64,000 bases of DNA from a virus (taxonomy: Duplodnaviria > Caudoviricetes). The translations under genes were made by a program, and so were the position numbers. The DNA lies in IMG/VR virus record IMGVR_UViG_3300044667_000075, positions 32,001 through 96,000 of that record. One strand, written 5' to 3'. The notes beneath the pieces were generated by a model. That model made no database searches. It was given only the letters and a program-made list of their open reading frames with translations, and had not been told where the DNA came from. Each line of letters opens with the position of its first letter. Position 1 is the stretch's first letter. This document shows positions 37,140 to 47,109 of this stretch, piece after piece.

Positions 37140-38263
37140 GCGACAACACGGCCATCGAATGGGCCGACACCACCTGGAATCCCGTGCTCGGATGCACCCG
37201 CGTCTCGCCCGGGTGCGATGCCTGCTATGCGATCGCCCAGGCCACCATCCGCGCCGGGAATCCGAGCCCGAAGGTAGCCACCGCGTTCGCCGGGCTGACG
37301 GAACGGCGTGAAGGACGCGCCGACTGGACCGGGCGCGTCAACCTGCTGCCCGAACGGCTGGAGCAGCCGCTGCACTGGCGCAAACCGCGCAAGGTGTTCG
37401 TCAACAGTCTCTCGGACTTGTTCCACGAGGACATTCCCGACGAGTTCATCGCCAGGGTCTTCCTCATCATGACCATGACGCCGCAGCACACATTCCAGGT
37501 GCTCACCAAGCGCCACGGACGCATGCGGTCGCTGCTGAACTCGCCGCGCTTCCACGCCCTGATCGCCGACGTCGCCGAGCGGAACAATGTTCCCCTTGAA
37601 GGCACCCCGTGGCCACTACCTAACGTGTGGCTTGGCGTCAGCGTCGAAACCCAGAAATGGGCTGACGTGCGCATCCCGGCGCTCATCGGCACGCCGGCCA
37701 CTGTCCGGTTCCTGTCTTGCGAACCGCTCCTCGGCCCCGTCGACCTGACCCGGTGGATGCCCGCAGGGGTCGCCCGCTGGCAATGCGGCGGATGCCGGGC
37801 GTTCTTCAGCGGCCCGTGGCAGGAGACGTGCCCTCAATGCGGCCGGACCGGGTACTGGTGCGGCAGCCACACCGGGAACGGCAGGACGGGCGGCCAGCCG
37901 TTGTCCTGGGTGATTGTCGGTGGCGAATCAGGACCCGGCGCTCGGCCGATGCATCCGGCGTGGGCCAGGGCGCTCCGCGAGCAGTGCGATGCCGCCGACG
38001 TCCCGTTCTTTTTCAAGCAGTGGGGCGAATGGGGCCCGAAGAACGCCGCGACGTGGCCGCTCGGGGATGCCTGGCAGAACCAGCAGCGCCACCGCTGGGT
38101 CAGTCCCGACGGCACGCGGACTAAGCCGTTCGGCGAGTTCACCGGTACCGACGACATGGACTGGGCGCTCATGCGGCGCGTCGGCAAGAAGGTTAGCGGT
38201 CGCGAACTGGATGGCCAGGTCTGCGACGAGTTCCCCCTCACCGCTGAGGCGGTGACCGCATGA
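37136..38263 (+). CDS. DUF5131 / phage Gp37Gp68 family protein with Zn-ribbon insertion
   Basis: IEWADTTWNPVLGC..VSPGCDACYA, VNSLSDLFH, SCEPLLG, IVGGESG, FFFKQWG. Confidence 0.9.
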   Translation: MSDNTAIEWADTTWNPVLGCTRVSPGCDACYAIAQATIRAGNPSPKVATAFAGLTERREGRADWTGRVNLLPERLEQPLHWRKPRKVFVNSLSDLFHEDIPDEFIARVFLIMTMTPQHTFQVLTKRHGRMRSLLNSPRFHALIADVAERNNVPLEGTPWPLPNVWLGVSVETQKWADVRIPALIGTPATVRFLSCEPLLGPVDLTRWMPAGVARWQCGGCRAFFSGPWQETCPQCGRTGYWCGSHTGNGRTGGQPLSWVIVGGESGPGARPMHPAWARALREQCDAADVPFFFKQWGEWGPKNAATWPLGDAWQNQQRHRWVSPDGTRTKPFGEFTGTDDMDWALMRRVGKKVSGRELDGQVCDEFPLTAEAVTA

Positions 38264-38400
38264 CCACCTGGATGATCCTGCTCGCCCTCGCTGCCGTCTT
38301 TATCGCCGGCTGCTTCACAGGTGCCAAGTGGGTCAAGGCCGGTCATGTCCTGGACGCCATCCTGCGGGAAGACGTCCGCGACCGTGAGGACGCGACCTGA
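38260..38400 (+). CDS. 46-aa membrane protein
   Basis: MTTWMILLALAAVFIAG; coupled at both ends. Confidence 0.55.
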   Translation: MTTWMILLALAAVFIAGCFTGAKWVKAGHVLDAILREDVRDREDAT

Positions 38401-39035
38401 TGTCCCCCGCCAAGACGTCCCCTCCAGGCCCCAGCGCGGCTCTCCCCGTCGCCGCCGCTGCTGCCCGAGGGGACCGCTCCCCGGAGACCCGTCCGCCCGC
38501 ATCCCCCGTAGCGGGCGGGCGGGTCCGGGGAGCCCCACAGACTCCGGCCGGGGTCGGGCGTGAACGCCGTAACCCTGCAAGCGGCGGACGGACCGCGGCA
38601 CCGGCCGGGCAATCCCTCGTCGCAGACCAGATGACCGAAGACCGCGGCCGGGACTCTCTCGAAGCCCACATCCGCAGGCTGATGAAAGATCTTGGCTTGT
38701 GGGGATACCACCCTCGCCGGAGTGAGCGCAGCGAGAAAGGCTGGCCGGACTGGGCGATCATCGGCACCCGGATCATCTACCGCGAGCTCAAGACCGAGCG
38801 CGGCAAGGTGACGCCCGAACAGCAAGCGGTCGGGGAGCGGATCCGGGCGGCGGGCGGAGACTGGGCCGTCTGGAGGCCCCGGCATCTCCTGTCGGGCTGC
38901 ATCGCGCGGGAACTGCAGGCCATCACTCCCGGCCCTCTGGGGCTCGCCCAGCGGAGGCTACCTGAGGACACGCAGGATGCCGCTCCAGGCCCGCAGAGGC
39001 GCGCTGAGACGCGCACAGGCGGCGATGCGGCATGA
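38400..39035 (+). CDS. VRR-NUC nuclease (start may be 38631)
   Basis: GWPD...RELK..RGKVTPEQ. Confidence 0.8.
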   Translation: MSPAKTSPPGPSAALPVAAAAARGDRSPETRPPASPVAGGRVRGAPQTPAGVGRERRNPASGGRTAAPAGQSLVADQMTEDRGRDSLEAHIRRLMKDLGLWGYHPRRSERSEKGWPDWAIIGTRIIYRELKTERGKVTPEQQAVGERIRAAGGDWAVWRPRHLLSGCIARELQAITPGPLGLAQRRLPEDTQDAAPGPQRRAETRTGGDAA

Positions 39036-40784
39036 GGATCGGCAGCGTTTGCAGCGGCTATGAGGGCATCGGCCTCGCCGTCCACGAAGTGCTGGGCGGC
39101 GAGCTCGCCTGGGTCGCGGACAACGATGAGGGGGCCTCGGCCATCCTGGCCCACCGCTTCCCCAGCGTGAAGAACCTCGGGGACATCACGGCCGTGGACT
39201 GGGCTGCGGTCGAACCCGTGGACGTGCTGACGGCAGGTTTCCCCTGCCAGGACGTGTCGCAGGCCGGTGCCCGCGCCGGGCTCCGGGCCGGCACGCGATC
39301 CGGTGTCTGGCTCGAAGTCGTCAAGGCCATCCGCGCGCTGCGCCCGCAGCTGGTCCTGATCGAGAACGTCCGCGGGCTGCTGACCGCTCGTGGCGACGAG
39401 CCTACCCCGGAGCACCTAGCCGCAGAGGCCGCCCGGGACCTGACCGTGAACCTGCTGGACTGGCTGGCGACCGCGGAGGCCGTCGCCAGGTCGAAGGGGG
39501 ATGTGCGACGTGCCAAGCAATGCCGGGCGCGCACCGCTCGCGTCATGGGACTGCGAAAGCGGGCAGTGGCTCGATGCCAGTGGCATGAGCGGCGACTTGT
39601 TCGGGCAATCGGAACCGTTCTCGGGTCGCTGGCCGGTCTCGGGTTCGATGCGGAATGGTGTGTCGTCTCTGCCGCTGAGGCGGGGGCACCGCACAGGCGC
39701 GAGCGGGTATTCATCGCCGCCTGGCCTGCTGCCGACGCCGCGGACTGCGGACGGCCTGAACGAGACCATGGAAGTCACGCGGTCACGGCTGGACGGCGGC
39801 GCGCGGTGGCGGGGGACGATCGAGGAGGCCGTCTCGCTGCTGCCGACCCCGAACGCATCCGATGTGAAGGGGGCGGGTCAGCCACCGGGACGGGTCAGGG
39901 ACGGCCGGGAGCGCCCGGCGTCGGATGCGGACCTGCCGACAGCGGTCTCGCTCTTGCGGACGCCAACGTCGCAGCTGGCGACGAACGGGGGCTCGCAGCA
40001 CCCGGACAAGCGGAAAGCGGGCGGTCATGGGCCGACGCTGGCGGACGAGGTGGAACACCTGCTGCCGACACCTGCGGCAAGGGACTGGAAGTCCGGCCAG
40101 TCAAACATCATGGACCGCAACGCCAGGCCGCTCAACGAGGTCGTGGAGATGACGCTCCTGCCGACGCCGAATGCGACCGACAGCCAGGGCGGCCCGAGAG
40201 CGCTGCCAGAACGCCGGACGAGCCGGGGCAAGGATCACGGGCCGAGACTGCGGGATGTTGCCCCGGTGCTGTTGCCGACGCCGTGCGTGGCGGACGCGGA
40301 AGGCACTCGTGCGACGAGGGGGGGGGGACCGATCCGGCGAGCTACTGCTGACGGGGATAGCGCGGCAGGTATCAACCCTGCTGCCGACCCCGACTGCGAT
40401 GGACTCTCGCGGGTCCAGGAACGCGACCTCGGGCAGGGGCAAGGGGGAAGCGTCGGAGCATCACGACGGGTGGACCCTCATGGACGTGTTCTGGACTGGG
40501 GACCTTACGAGCTCGCCATCCGCCGCTGGGAGCACGCCACCGGCCGCCCCGCGCCACGCCCAACTGAGCCTGGACGAACCGGAGAGCGCCTGAGCCCGGC
40601 CTTTGTCGAATGGATGATGGGTCTCCCTGAGGGATGGGTGACTGACGTGCCGGGGCTGTCCCGCAACGCGCAGCTGAAGGCTTTGGGAAATGGCGTGGTC
40701 CCCGCCCAAGCGGCTATGGCGTTGCGGATCCTGTTGGACCGCGCCGACATCCCGGCCCTTGTCATCACTGAGGAGGTCGCATGA
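39032..40784 (+). CDS. C5 DNA cytosine methyltransferase, frameshifted at G10 (40318-40327)
   Basis: motifs SVCSGYEG, GFPCQD, ENV, HRRERVF, then EWMMG and LGNGVVP in the next frame. Confidence 0.85.
39501..40593 (+). CDS. overprinted LLPTP-repeat protein nested in the MTase gene (start uncertain)
   Basis: seven LL(P/R)TP units in the +1 frame; continuous if one G is removed from G10. Confidence 0.65.
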
Positions 40785-41078
40785 TGCGGCAGGCAGTACC
40801 CCCGTCACCCTCCCCGGTTCTCGGGCTTGCACCTGAGCCGGGACCAGCCGGGGGGACGCTCGAGCAGGGGGAACTGTTCGAGCTCGAGCACATCACCTCG
40901 AGGGCCGCCGCATGAGCGCCGACATCATCGCCTGGCTCCGCAGCGACGAGGGCGAGAAATGGTCCAGGGATCACCACAACCGCCCGTCGGGGGTGCCGAA
41001 CAGCCCGGTCATCATCGCCACTACGGGCGTCGTGGACCTGACTCAGGACCCGTGCGGGGGACCTCCCCTGGAGGCCGC

Positions 41079-41384
41079 ATGAGACTCCGCCAGGGACGGA
41101 AAGTCCCCCGCAACCTGTACCTCCACCAGGACGACGACCCGGACGGGGACGGCGTGGACGTGGGCCGGGTCGATCACTCCGCGGGACTCGCATGGCTGGT
41201 CTGCGTCGCGTTCAACGCCCTACCCGGGTGCGTGGAACTGTGCGACGAGGACTGCGAAGTCGGACCAGCGCACTGCTACTGGGTCCACGAGCCCAGCCAC
41301 AAGCCGGGATGGCACAGGCCGGACGAGTGCCCGTTCGCGCGGATACAGGCCACCCAGGCAGCGACGGGAAGGGGTGGCGAATGA
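41079..41384 (+). CDS. hypothetical protein
   Basis: R.GRKVPRNLY; RBS GGAGG. Confidence 0.6.
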   Translation: MRLRQGRKVPRNLYLHQDDDPDGDGVDVGRVDHSAGLAWLVCVAFNALPGCVELCDEDCEVGPAHCYWVHEPSHKPGWHRPDECPFARIQATQAATGRGGE

Positions 41385-41902
41385 ATGGGGTCTGGGTGAC
41401 GAGCGGGCCGGGCCTGCCGTGCGGTGCGCGGAGGATGGGCGACGGCGTGCTCGGTCCCGCGCCGCCGGGCCGGACCTGGCTGGACGTGTGCATCCTGGGC
41501 CAGCACCTGCCGCAGATGTACCAGGACGGCGAACTGAACGACCTGACGGCGGAGGACTGCTCCCGGCTGGGCCTGTGCCCTGACTGCCTCGGGTTCGGCG
41601 ACACGAACCCCGTGAAGCTGGGCGCAGGCGAGGCGCTGATGGCCGCCCGCGGCATCGACGAGATGAAACGGCCGTGCCCGAACTGCGGCGGCTCGGGCCG
41701 CCCTGCGCTGCGTGTCACCGTCCGGCGCGACGCGTCCGGCGTCCAGGGCGGCATCCGGCCGCTGCCGCACGCCTACGTGCCGCCACTGGACGGCGCCGAC
41801 CCTGAGTTCACTGCCCTGTTCGGCGCGGCGGAGGACATGTGCCTGGCGTGCGGGATGCCCCCGGACGGCACCGGGCCGCGAGGGGAGGCGCTGCACCCGT
41901 GA
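41381..41902 (+). CDS. DnaJ-type Zn-finger protein
   Basis: CPDCLGFG...CPNCGGSG. Confidence 0.65.
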   Translation: MNGVWVTSGPGLPCGARRMGDGVLGPAPPGRTWLDVCILGQHLPQMYQDGELNDLTAEDCSRLGLCPDCLGFGDTNPVKLGAGEALMAARGIDEMKRPCPNCGGSGRPALRVTVRRDASGVQGGIRPLPHAYVPPLDGADPEFTALFGAAEDMCLACGMPPDGTGPRGEALHP

Positions 41903-42315
41903 AGGCCGTCATCTGCTCCTACGCCGGAGGCGTCCACATCCACACGCCGGGCGTGGACCGGTGGGAGATCTGCCAGTGCGGCAACGCCGGGGCGAGGTGG
42001 GAAGACCCGCAGGCCGGCCGCCTCATCGTCGCCTGCCGGCATGACCGTGACGCGGTGCGCGGCCTCGGGCTGAACAACCAGCTCCTGCTGCCTGCCCTCA
42101 CGACGCGAGGGCAGGCGTGGGAGACGTTCCGGGAATGGCACGGCAAGGCCACCGACGCGCCCGGCTACGTGTTCGACAAGGCAAGGGCCGGATGCTGGGC
42201 CGTCGTGTTCCGTATCAGCTCTACCGGCGACACGAGGTGGGCTACTGAGGACGAGCGCGCGGAGTGCTTCCCTGTCTCACCGACTCCGGCAGCATCAACG
42301 GGAGGCACATCATGA
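41899..42315 (+). CDS. hypothetical protein
   Basis: GTGA overlap; CQCGN. Confidence 0.6.
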   Translation: MKAVICSYAGGVHIHTPGVDRWEICQCGNAGARWEDPQAGRLIVACRHDRDAVRGLGLNNQLLLPALTTRGQAWETFREWHGKATDAPGYVFDKARAGCWAVVFRISSTGDTRWATEDERAECFPVSPTPAASTGGTS

Positions 42316-42396
42316 TGCCGTCCGTTTGCCGTGTGCCGCTGAGCGCGGCGAGATCAGCCGTCCCGCCTGGCGCGCTTCTCGGTAAGGCCCACGGCC

Positions 42397-42636
42397 TCAA
42401 ACCTCGAGCGACTCGCCCTCGTGGTCACGCACCCAGTCGCGGTATGCCTGCTCGTAGGCGCGGACCTGCTGCGGCCCGATGCCCATCTTCTTGGCGATCG
42501 TGGACTGCGACTCGGCCTTGCTCTCCCGGGCCCGGATCATCGCCAGCCCTAGTAGTGCCCGCTTGCGGGCAACCATGGCATTGGCCTGCTCGCGGGCCTC
42601 GTCAAGAGCCTGCCGCGCTTCGAGTACCTGTGTCAT
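42397..42636 (-). CDS. small HTH regulator
   Basis: SQSTIAKKMGIGPQQVR; RBS GGAGGTG. Confidence 0.7.
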   Translation of the reverse strand: MTQVLEARQALDEAREQANAMVARKRALLGLAMIRARESKAESQSTIAKKMGIGPQQVRAYEQAYRDWVRDHEGESLEV

Positions 42637-42689
42637 GGCGCTGCTCACACCTCCACTATCGCACGGTGCTCGTGCTGTACGACAGCACC

Positions 42690-42771
42690 GTTGCACATCA
42701 GCATAACCGATTGCGCTTAGCTGTGCATCACTATGGCTGCACATCTGCTATGGTGCTATACATAGCAGGTG
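42690..42771. promoter_or_regulatory. divergent control region with inverted repeat
   Basis: CATCTGCTATG-N8-CATAGCAGGTG; TGCACATC twice. Confidence 0.45.
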
Positions 42772-42810
42772 ACTAGTGATCACCTGAGTTCCGGAAGGGA
42801 CGGCCCTGCC

Positions 42811-43392
42811 ATGAGAGACAGCAGCATCCCAGCGATCCCGACCCTCTACTCCGGGGTGCTGTTCAGGTCCAGGACCGAGGCCAGGTGGGCGCGCTTCTGG
42901 GACGCGCTGGATATCCGGTGGGAGTACGAGCCGCAAGGCTTCGTCGCGGCCGGGATCCCCTACCTCCCAGACTTCGCCGTGTTCCCGGCGCTCGGGCTGC
43001 TGTGGGTCGAGATCAAGCCCACGTGGCAGGCAGACCCGGACGGCGTACGCAAGTGGCGCGGCTTCGCCACGCGGCGCCCGCAGCGCGACCGGTCCCGCGC
43101 CGCCCTGTTCGCCGGCCCCCCCTCGCTTGAGGGTGACTACCTAGTCATCGGCGGCGATGACGACCAGGACGACCCGCTCAAAGGCACCTGGGAAGATGAC
43201 ACCCAGCAGTGGCGCCCATGCGACAGCGGCCACCACTACGACCTCACCTACCCTGGGCTGTTCCGCGCCAAGTTCGTCCAGGACGGCTGCGAGGACCTGT
43301 TCGGCGGCTCCGGTGAGGACCGGCTCCGCAAAGCGGTAGAGGCCGCCTTGTCGGAGCGGTTCGACGGCAGTGGCAGCGGAACGGTGGCGTAA
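42811..43392 (+). CDS. PD-(D/E)xK nuclease
   Basis: FRSRTEARWA.F.D...WEYEP..YLPDF...VEIK. Confidence 0.8.
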   Translation: MRDSSIPAIPTLYSGVLFRSRTEARWARFWDALDIRWEYEPQGFVAAGIPYLPDFAVFPALGLLWVEIKPTWQADPDGVRKWRGFATRRPQRDRSRAALFAGPPSLEGDYLVIGGDDDQDDPLKGTWEDDTQQWRPCDSGHHYDLTYPGLFRAKFVQDGCEDLFGGSGEDRLRKAVEAALSERFDGSGSGTVA

Positions 43393-43395
43393 GCC

Positions 43396-44319
43396 ATGCC
43401 GGCGGGGGAGCTTCACATCCAGCTCGCGGTCAACTTCCCGAACAACCCGAAGGTCCGCAGCCTGGTCCGCCACGGCCGCGACGTGAGGGCGCTCCGGGAC
43501 CTGTACGTCGGGATGCTCCTGTACTGCAAGGGGTCACTGACGGACGGCTTCGTGCCCGACGAGCAGATAGGGCTGCTGGTCTACCCGGACACCGAGAAGA
43601 ACGGGCAGCGGGACGCCGGGCGCCTGGCCGAGGCGGGGCTCTGCGAACGGGGTGTCAATGGCTGGCAGGTCACAGGGTGGTTCGACCGTAACCCGAGCCG
43701 GGCCGCAGTGGAGGAGAAGTCCGCAGCGAAGGCCCGCGGGGCCAAGCTTGCCAACCATCGCCGCTGGCACGTCGAGCAAGGCCACTTTGATGGCCGCTGC
43801 CAGTGGTGCCTGGCGGAGGTGGATCAGTACACCGATCAGACTACTGATCAGAACACTGATCGAAGTAGAGATCAGAGTACAGATCAGAACAGTGTCAGTA
43901 GCCGGATCGGTGCTGTGAAACGGTCTGACTCCACAGAGACAGAGTCAGAGACAGAGTCAGAGAAAGAAGAAAAACATCTTGGCCGGCCAGAGCCGGCCGG
44001 CAGCCGGATCGAACCTGGCTCAGACGACGATCCAGACTTCGCCGCGTTCTGGGAGGCATACCCGCGGAAGGTCGCCAAGGGCCAGGCCCGCAAGGCGTGG
44101 AAGACCGCGGTCGTCAAGCGGGGCGTAGACCCGAAGGTCGTCATCCTCGGCGCCGAACGCTACCGCGACGACCGGGACCGGCTGTCACAGCCGATTAACT
44201 ACACCAAGCACCCCGGCACATGGCTCAATGCCGAATGCTGGCTCGAACAGCAGGACGACGAGCAGGCCGGTAACGGCCAAGTCCGGTTCAGCTACCCGAC
44301 CTCACCCTGGGCGAACTGA
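43396..44319 (+). CDS. phage replication initiator (Rep/O-like)
   Basis: FWEAYPRKVAK..A.KAW, HPGTWLN; internal iterons. Confidence 0.8.
   Translation: MPAGELHIQLAVNFPNNPKVRSLVRHGRDVRALRDLYVGMLLYCKGSLTDGFVPDEQIGLLVYPDTEKNGQRDAGRLAEAGLCERGVNGWQVTGWFDRNPSRAAVEEKSAAKARGAKLANHRRWHVEQGHFDGRCQWCLAEVDQYTDQTTDQNTDRSRDQSTDQNSVSSRIGAVKRSDSTETESETESEKEEKHLGRPEPAGSRIEPGSDDDPDFAAFWEAYPRKVAKGQARKAWKTAVVKRGVDPKVVILGAERYRDDRDRLSQPINYTKHPGTWLNAECWLEQQDDEQAGNGQVRFSYPTSPWAN
43822..43962. repeat. iterons / putative lytic origin inside rep
   Basis: GATC at exact 12-bp period (43822, 43834, 43846, 43858, 43870, 43882), then (ACAGAG/TCAGAG)n and an A-rich tract. Confidence 0.75.
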
Positions 44320-45983
44320 TGGCCGCCGACGTAGACGTGCTCCGCGAGATACTCCTGCCGAAGTTCAGCGAGCTGGGCCCCGTCAGGAAAACCGCCAACG
44401 GGTACGACGTGTGCTGCCCGGTCCACGGTGACGCCAAGCCGTCGCTGAGCATCGCCCGCGGGAAAACTCACCCTGTCGTCATGGACTGCAAGGTCAAATG
44501 CGCGACAGATGACATCCTCGCCAAACTCGGGCTCACCTGGGATGACCTGTGCGCGCCGCGGGACCGCGAGCAGCGGCAGCAGCCGCGCGGCGAGTGGACC
44601 CCGCACGGCGAGGCCGTCGCCGTCTACAGCTACACCGACGAGACCGGAACCCTGCTGTTCCAGGTGTGCCGCACCGCCGACAAGCAGTTCCCGCAGCGGA
44701 CCCCCGACGCCACCAAGAAAAGCGGGTGGCGGTGGACGCTCGGCGACACCCGCCGCGTCCTGTACCGGCTCCCGAAGGTCATCGAGGCGGTCAGCAACGG
44801 CGAGATGATCTACATCTGCGAAGGCGAAAAAGACGTCCACGCAATCGAGAGCGCCGGGATGACCGCCACCTGCAACCCTGGTGGCGCCGGCAAGTGGCGG
44901 GAGGAATACTCCGGGTTCTTCCGGGACGCCATCGTCGTGATCATCGCCGACCGGGACAAGCCCGGCCAGGCGCACGCCAGGCAGGTCGCGACCAGCCTGC
45001 GAGATGTCGCCAGGGCCGTCGAGATCGTGGAGCCAGCCGGCGAAGGCACCGTGGGCGGCCATGCCATCAAAGACGTTTCCGACCATCTCGCCGCAGGGTA
45101 TGCCCTCCGTGACCTGGTGCTCACCTGGACTTCTGACGAGGAAGCCCCGGTGGACCTGGCCCCCGACCTGCACGAGTTCCTCGCCGGGACCGACCCGCCT
45201 TACGACTGGATCGTGGAAGGCATCCTAGAGCGCGGGGACCGGCTCGTCTGGACAGGCTTCGAGGGTCTCGGCAAGTCCGTGACCATGCGGCAGATAGCCA
45301 TCGCCGCCGCGGCGGGCATCCACCCGTTCACCTGCGACCCGATGACGCCGCGCAAGGTGCTGTGGATCGACTGCGAGAACTCCGACCGTCAGGGGCGGCG
45401 GCACTTCCGCAAGCTCGAGCGCATCACCGTCGCGAAGGGCTGCCGGGTACCGGACGGCGGGATGCGGCTCATCCACCGGCCCGAGGGCCTGGACCTGATG
45501 AGCGACGAGGGCGCCGCGTGGCTGCTCGAGCGCGTCACCGCGCACAAACCGGACCTGCTGTACATCGGCCCGCTGTACCGGCTGCACGACGGCGACATCA
45601 ACGAAGAACGGGTGATGCGCCACATCGTCCGGACTCTAGACCAGGCCCGCGTCAAGGCCGACTGCGCGCTGATGGTCGAACACCACTCACCCCACGGTGA
45701 GGGGCTGAACCGCTCCGTGCGCCCGATCGGCTCGAGCCTGCTGCGCCGCTGGCCCGAACTCGGCTACGGCATCGCCCCGGCGACAGACGGCGACCCGTGC
45801 ACGGAGGTGCGCGTGCTGCCATGGCGCGGCAACCGTGACGAACGGCACTGGCCGCGGTTCCTCTGCTGGGGCACTAAGGCGGACGACTTCCCGTGGATCG
45901 TCCCGCCTGATTCGGTCGCTGAGGCCGAAGGTGCGGTGCGGCAGTCATGGACCCCATCAGGAGCTATCGGAGGTGCGGCATGA
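44319..45983 (+). CDS. primase-helicase (Zn finger, TOPRIM, RecA-type ATPase)
   Basis: CPVHGD.KPSLSI..C...C; ICEGEKD; ADRD; GFEGLGKS. Confidence 0.88.
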   Translation: MAADVDVLREILLPKFSELGPVRKTANGYDVCCPVHGDAKPSLSIARGKTHPVVMDCKVKCATDDILAKLGLTWDDLCAPRDREQRQQPRGEWTPHGEAVAVYSYTDETGTLLFQVCRTADKQFPQRTPDATKKSGWRWTLGDTRRVLYRLPKVIEAVSNGEMIYICEGEKDVHAIESAGMTATCNPGGAGKWREEYSGFFRDAIVVIIADRDKPGQAHARQVATSLRDVARAVEIVEPAGEGTVGGHAIKDVSDHLAAGYALRDLVLTWTSDEEAPVDLAPDLHEFLAGTDPPYDWIVEGILERGDRLVWTGFEGLGKSVTMRQIAIAAAAGIHPFTCDPMTPRKVLWIDCENSDRQGRRHFRKLERITVAKGCRVPDGGMRLIHRPEGLDLMSDEGAAWLLERVTAHKPDLLYIGPLYRLHDGDINEERVMRHIVRTLDQARVKADCALMVEHHSPHGEGLNRSVRPIGSSLLRRWPELGYGIAPATDGDPCTEVRVLPWRGNRDERHWPRFLCWGTKADDFPWIVPPDSVAEAEGAVRQSWTPSGAIGGAA

Positions 45984-46195
45984 ACGAGTGTTCCCGTCTC
46001 CCTGACCTGTGCCGGTGTGCCCTGGCCAGCCCGGCGACGATCGCCACGGCGGAACCGGTCCTGCCGTACCTCGTGGGCCCGGCGGTCAACGGGAGTCTTA
46101 AGGCCCGGTACTTGTGCACAGCGTGCGGCAGGCGGTGGGCCGTGTGGTGGGACCGTCGTGCTGCTGGCTGGCCCGAGCTTGGGAGCGCGGCATGA
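45980..46195 (+). CDS. small Zn-ribbon protein
   Basis: CRC...ARYLCTACGRRW. Confidence 0.55.
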   Translation: MNECSRLPDLCRCALASPATIATAEPVLPYLVGPAVNGSLKARYLCTACGRRWAVWWDRRAAGWPELGSAA

Positions 46196-46425
46196 TCCCC
46201 GCTCCTCGCTGCGGTAAGCCCATGACACCCTACGAGCCCGCAGGCGGCCCCCCAGTCGTGGACCCGGTGTGCGGCCGTCCCGAGGGCCACAATCCCCCCT
46301 GCAGGCGCGCGGACGCGGTGGAGCGCTACTACCGGGCCTCGGCTCGCCGCCTGATCGCCGTCCGGCGTGTCAATGGCCGCTGGTACGGCAGGCCAGGACA
46401 AGCCCCGGAAAGGCGGGCGGCATGA
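46192..46425 (+). CDS. hypothetical protein
   Basis: RCG...CGRPEGH. Confidence 0.55.
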   Translation: MIPAPRCGKPMTPYEPAGGPPVVDPVCGRPEGHNPPCRRADAVERYYRASARRLIAVRRVNGRWYGRPGQAPERRAA

Positions 46426-46769
46426 ACGAGCCACACGGTGCCCATACGGTCGCCTGCTACGCCATGGAGGAGCACGTCTGCCCGTCCTGCCACGTGGCGT
46501 CGGTCTTCCAGTACAGGCGCCAGTGCGGGCCGGACACGGCCCCGCTGTCCGAATGCCTCACGTGTGAGCTGGCCTGCCCGGACTGCCTGTCCGAGGTGCG
46601 GGTCACTGAAGGCGCGCGGGGCTACCGGGCACGCGTGATCCACACGGACTCCTGCCCGTGGTACCGGCGCCACCAGGCCGGGCAGGTGACCGGGCCTGTG
46701 CCGTGCGGCACTGTCGTGGCGCACCGCGGGCCGTACAAAAAGGACCCGGAAGCGAGGCAGCCGCGATGA
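46422..46769 (+). CDS. Cys-rich hypothetical protein
   Basis: three CxxC. Confidence 0.6.
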   Translation: MNEPHGAHTVACYAMEEHVCPSCHVASVFQYRRQCGPDTAPLSECLTCELACPDCLSEVRVTEGARGYRARVIHTDSCPWYRRHQAGQVTGPVPCGTVVAHRGPYKKDPEARQPR

Positions 46770-46990
46770 TCACCATCCTGTATCCGCGAGACGCCTGCCC
46801 TTCCCCGGACTGCGCCCCGTTCGACCGTGACCCGTGCCTCCCCCTGTGTGTTGAGCCCCTGGAGGGCGGTGGTGTCCTCGGCTCGTACGAGTGCGGGTGT
46901 GGTCTCGGGTGGCAGCGGGAGTTCGACCGGCACGGCTGGCAGGGCCCGGCGCTCATCGCGGACATGGCCGAGCGGAGGGCGGCGGCGTGA
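46766..46990 (+). CDS. small Cys-rich protein
   Basis: YECGCG..W. Confidence 0.55.
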   Translation: MITILYPRDACPSPDCAPFDRDPCLPLCVEPLEGGGVLGSYECGCGLGWQREFDRHGWQGPALIADMAERRAAA

Positions 46991-47109
46991 TGCGATTCGC
47001 GTATGCAGACCCGCCGTACTTCGGCAAGTGCGGGAAGTACTACAAGCACTACCATCCGGACGGCCGGTGCTGGGATGACCTGCTCGTGGCGCAGGGGGTG
47101 CTGGTATGA
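46990..47109 (+). pseudogene. N-terminal fragment of an adenine MTase-like gene
   Basis: MRFAYADPPY, stop after 39 aa. Confidence 0.55.
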
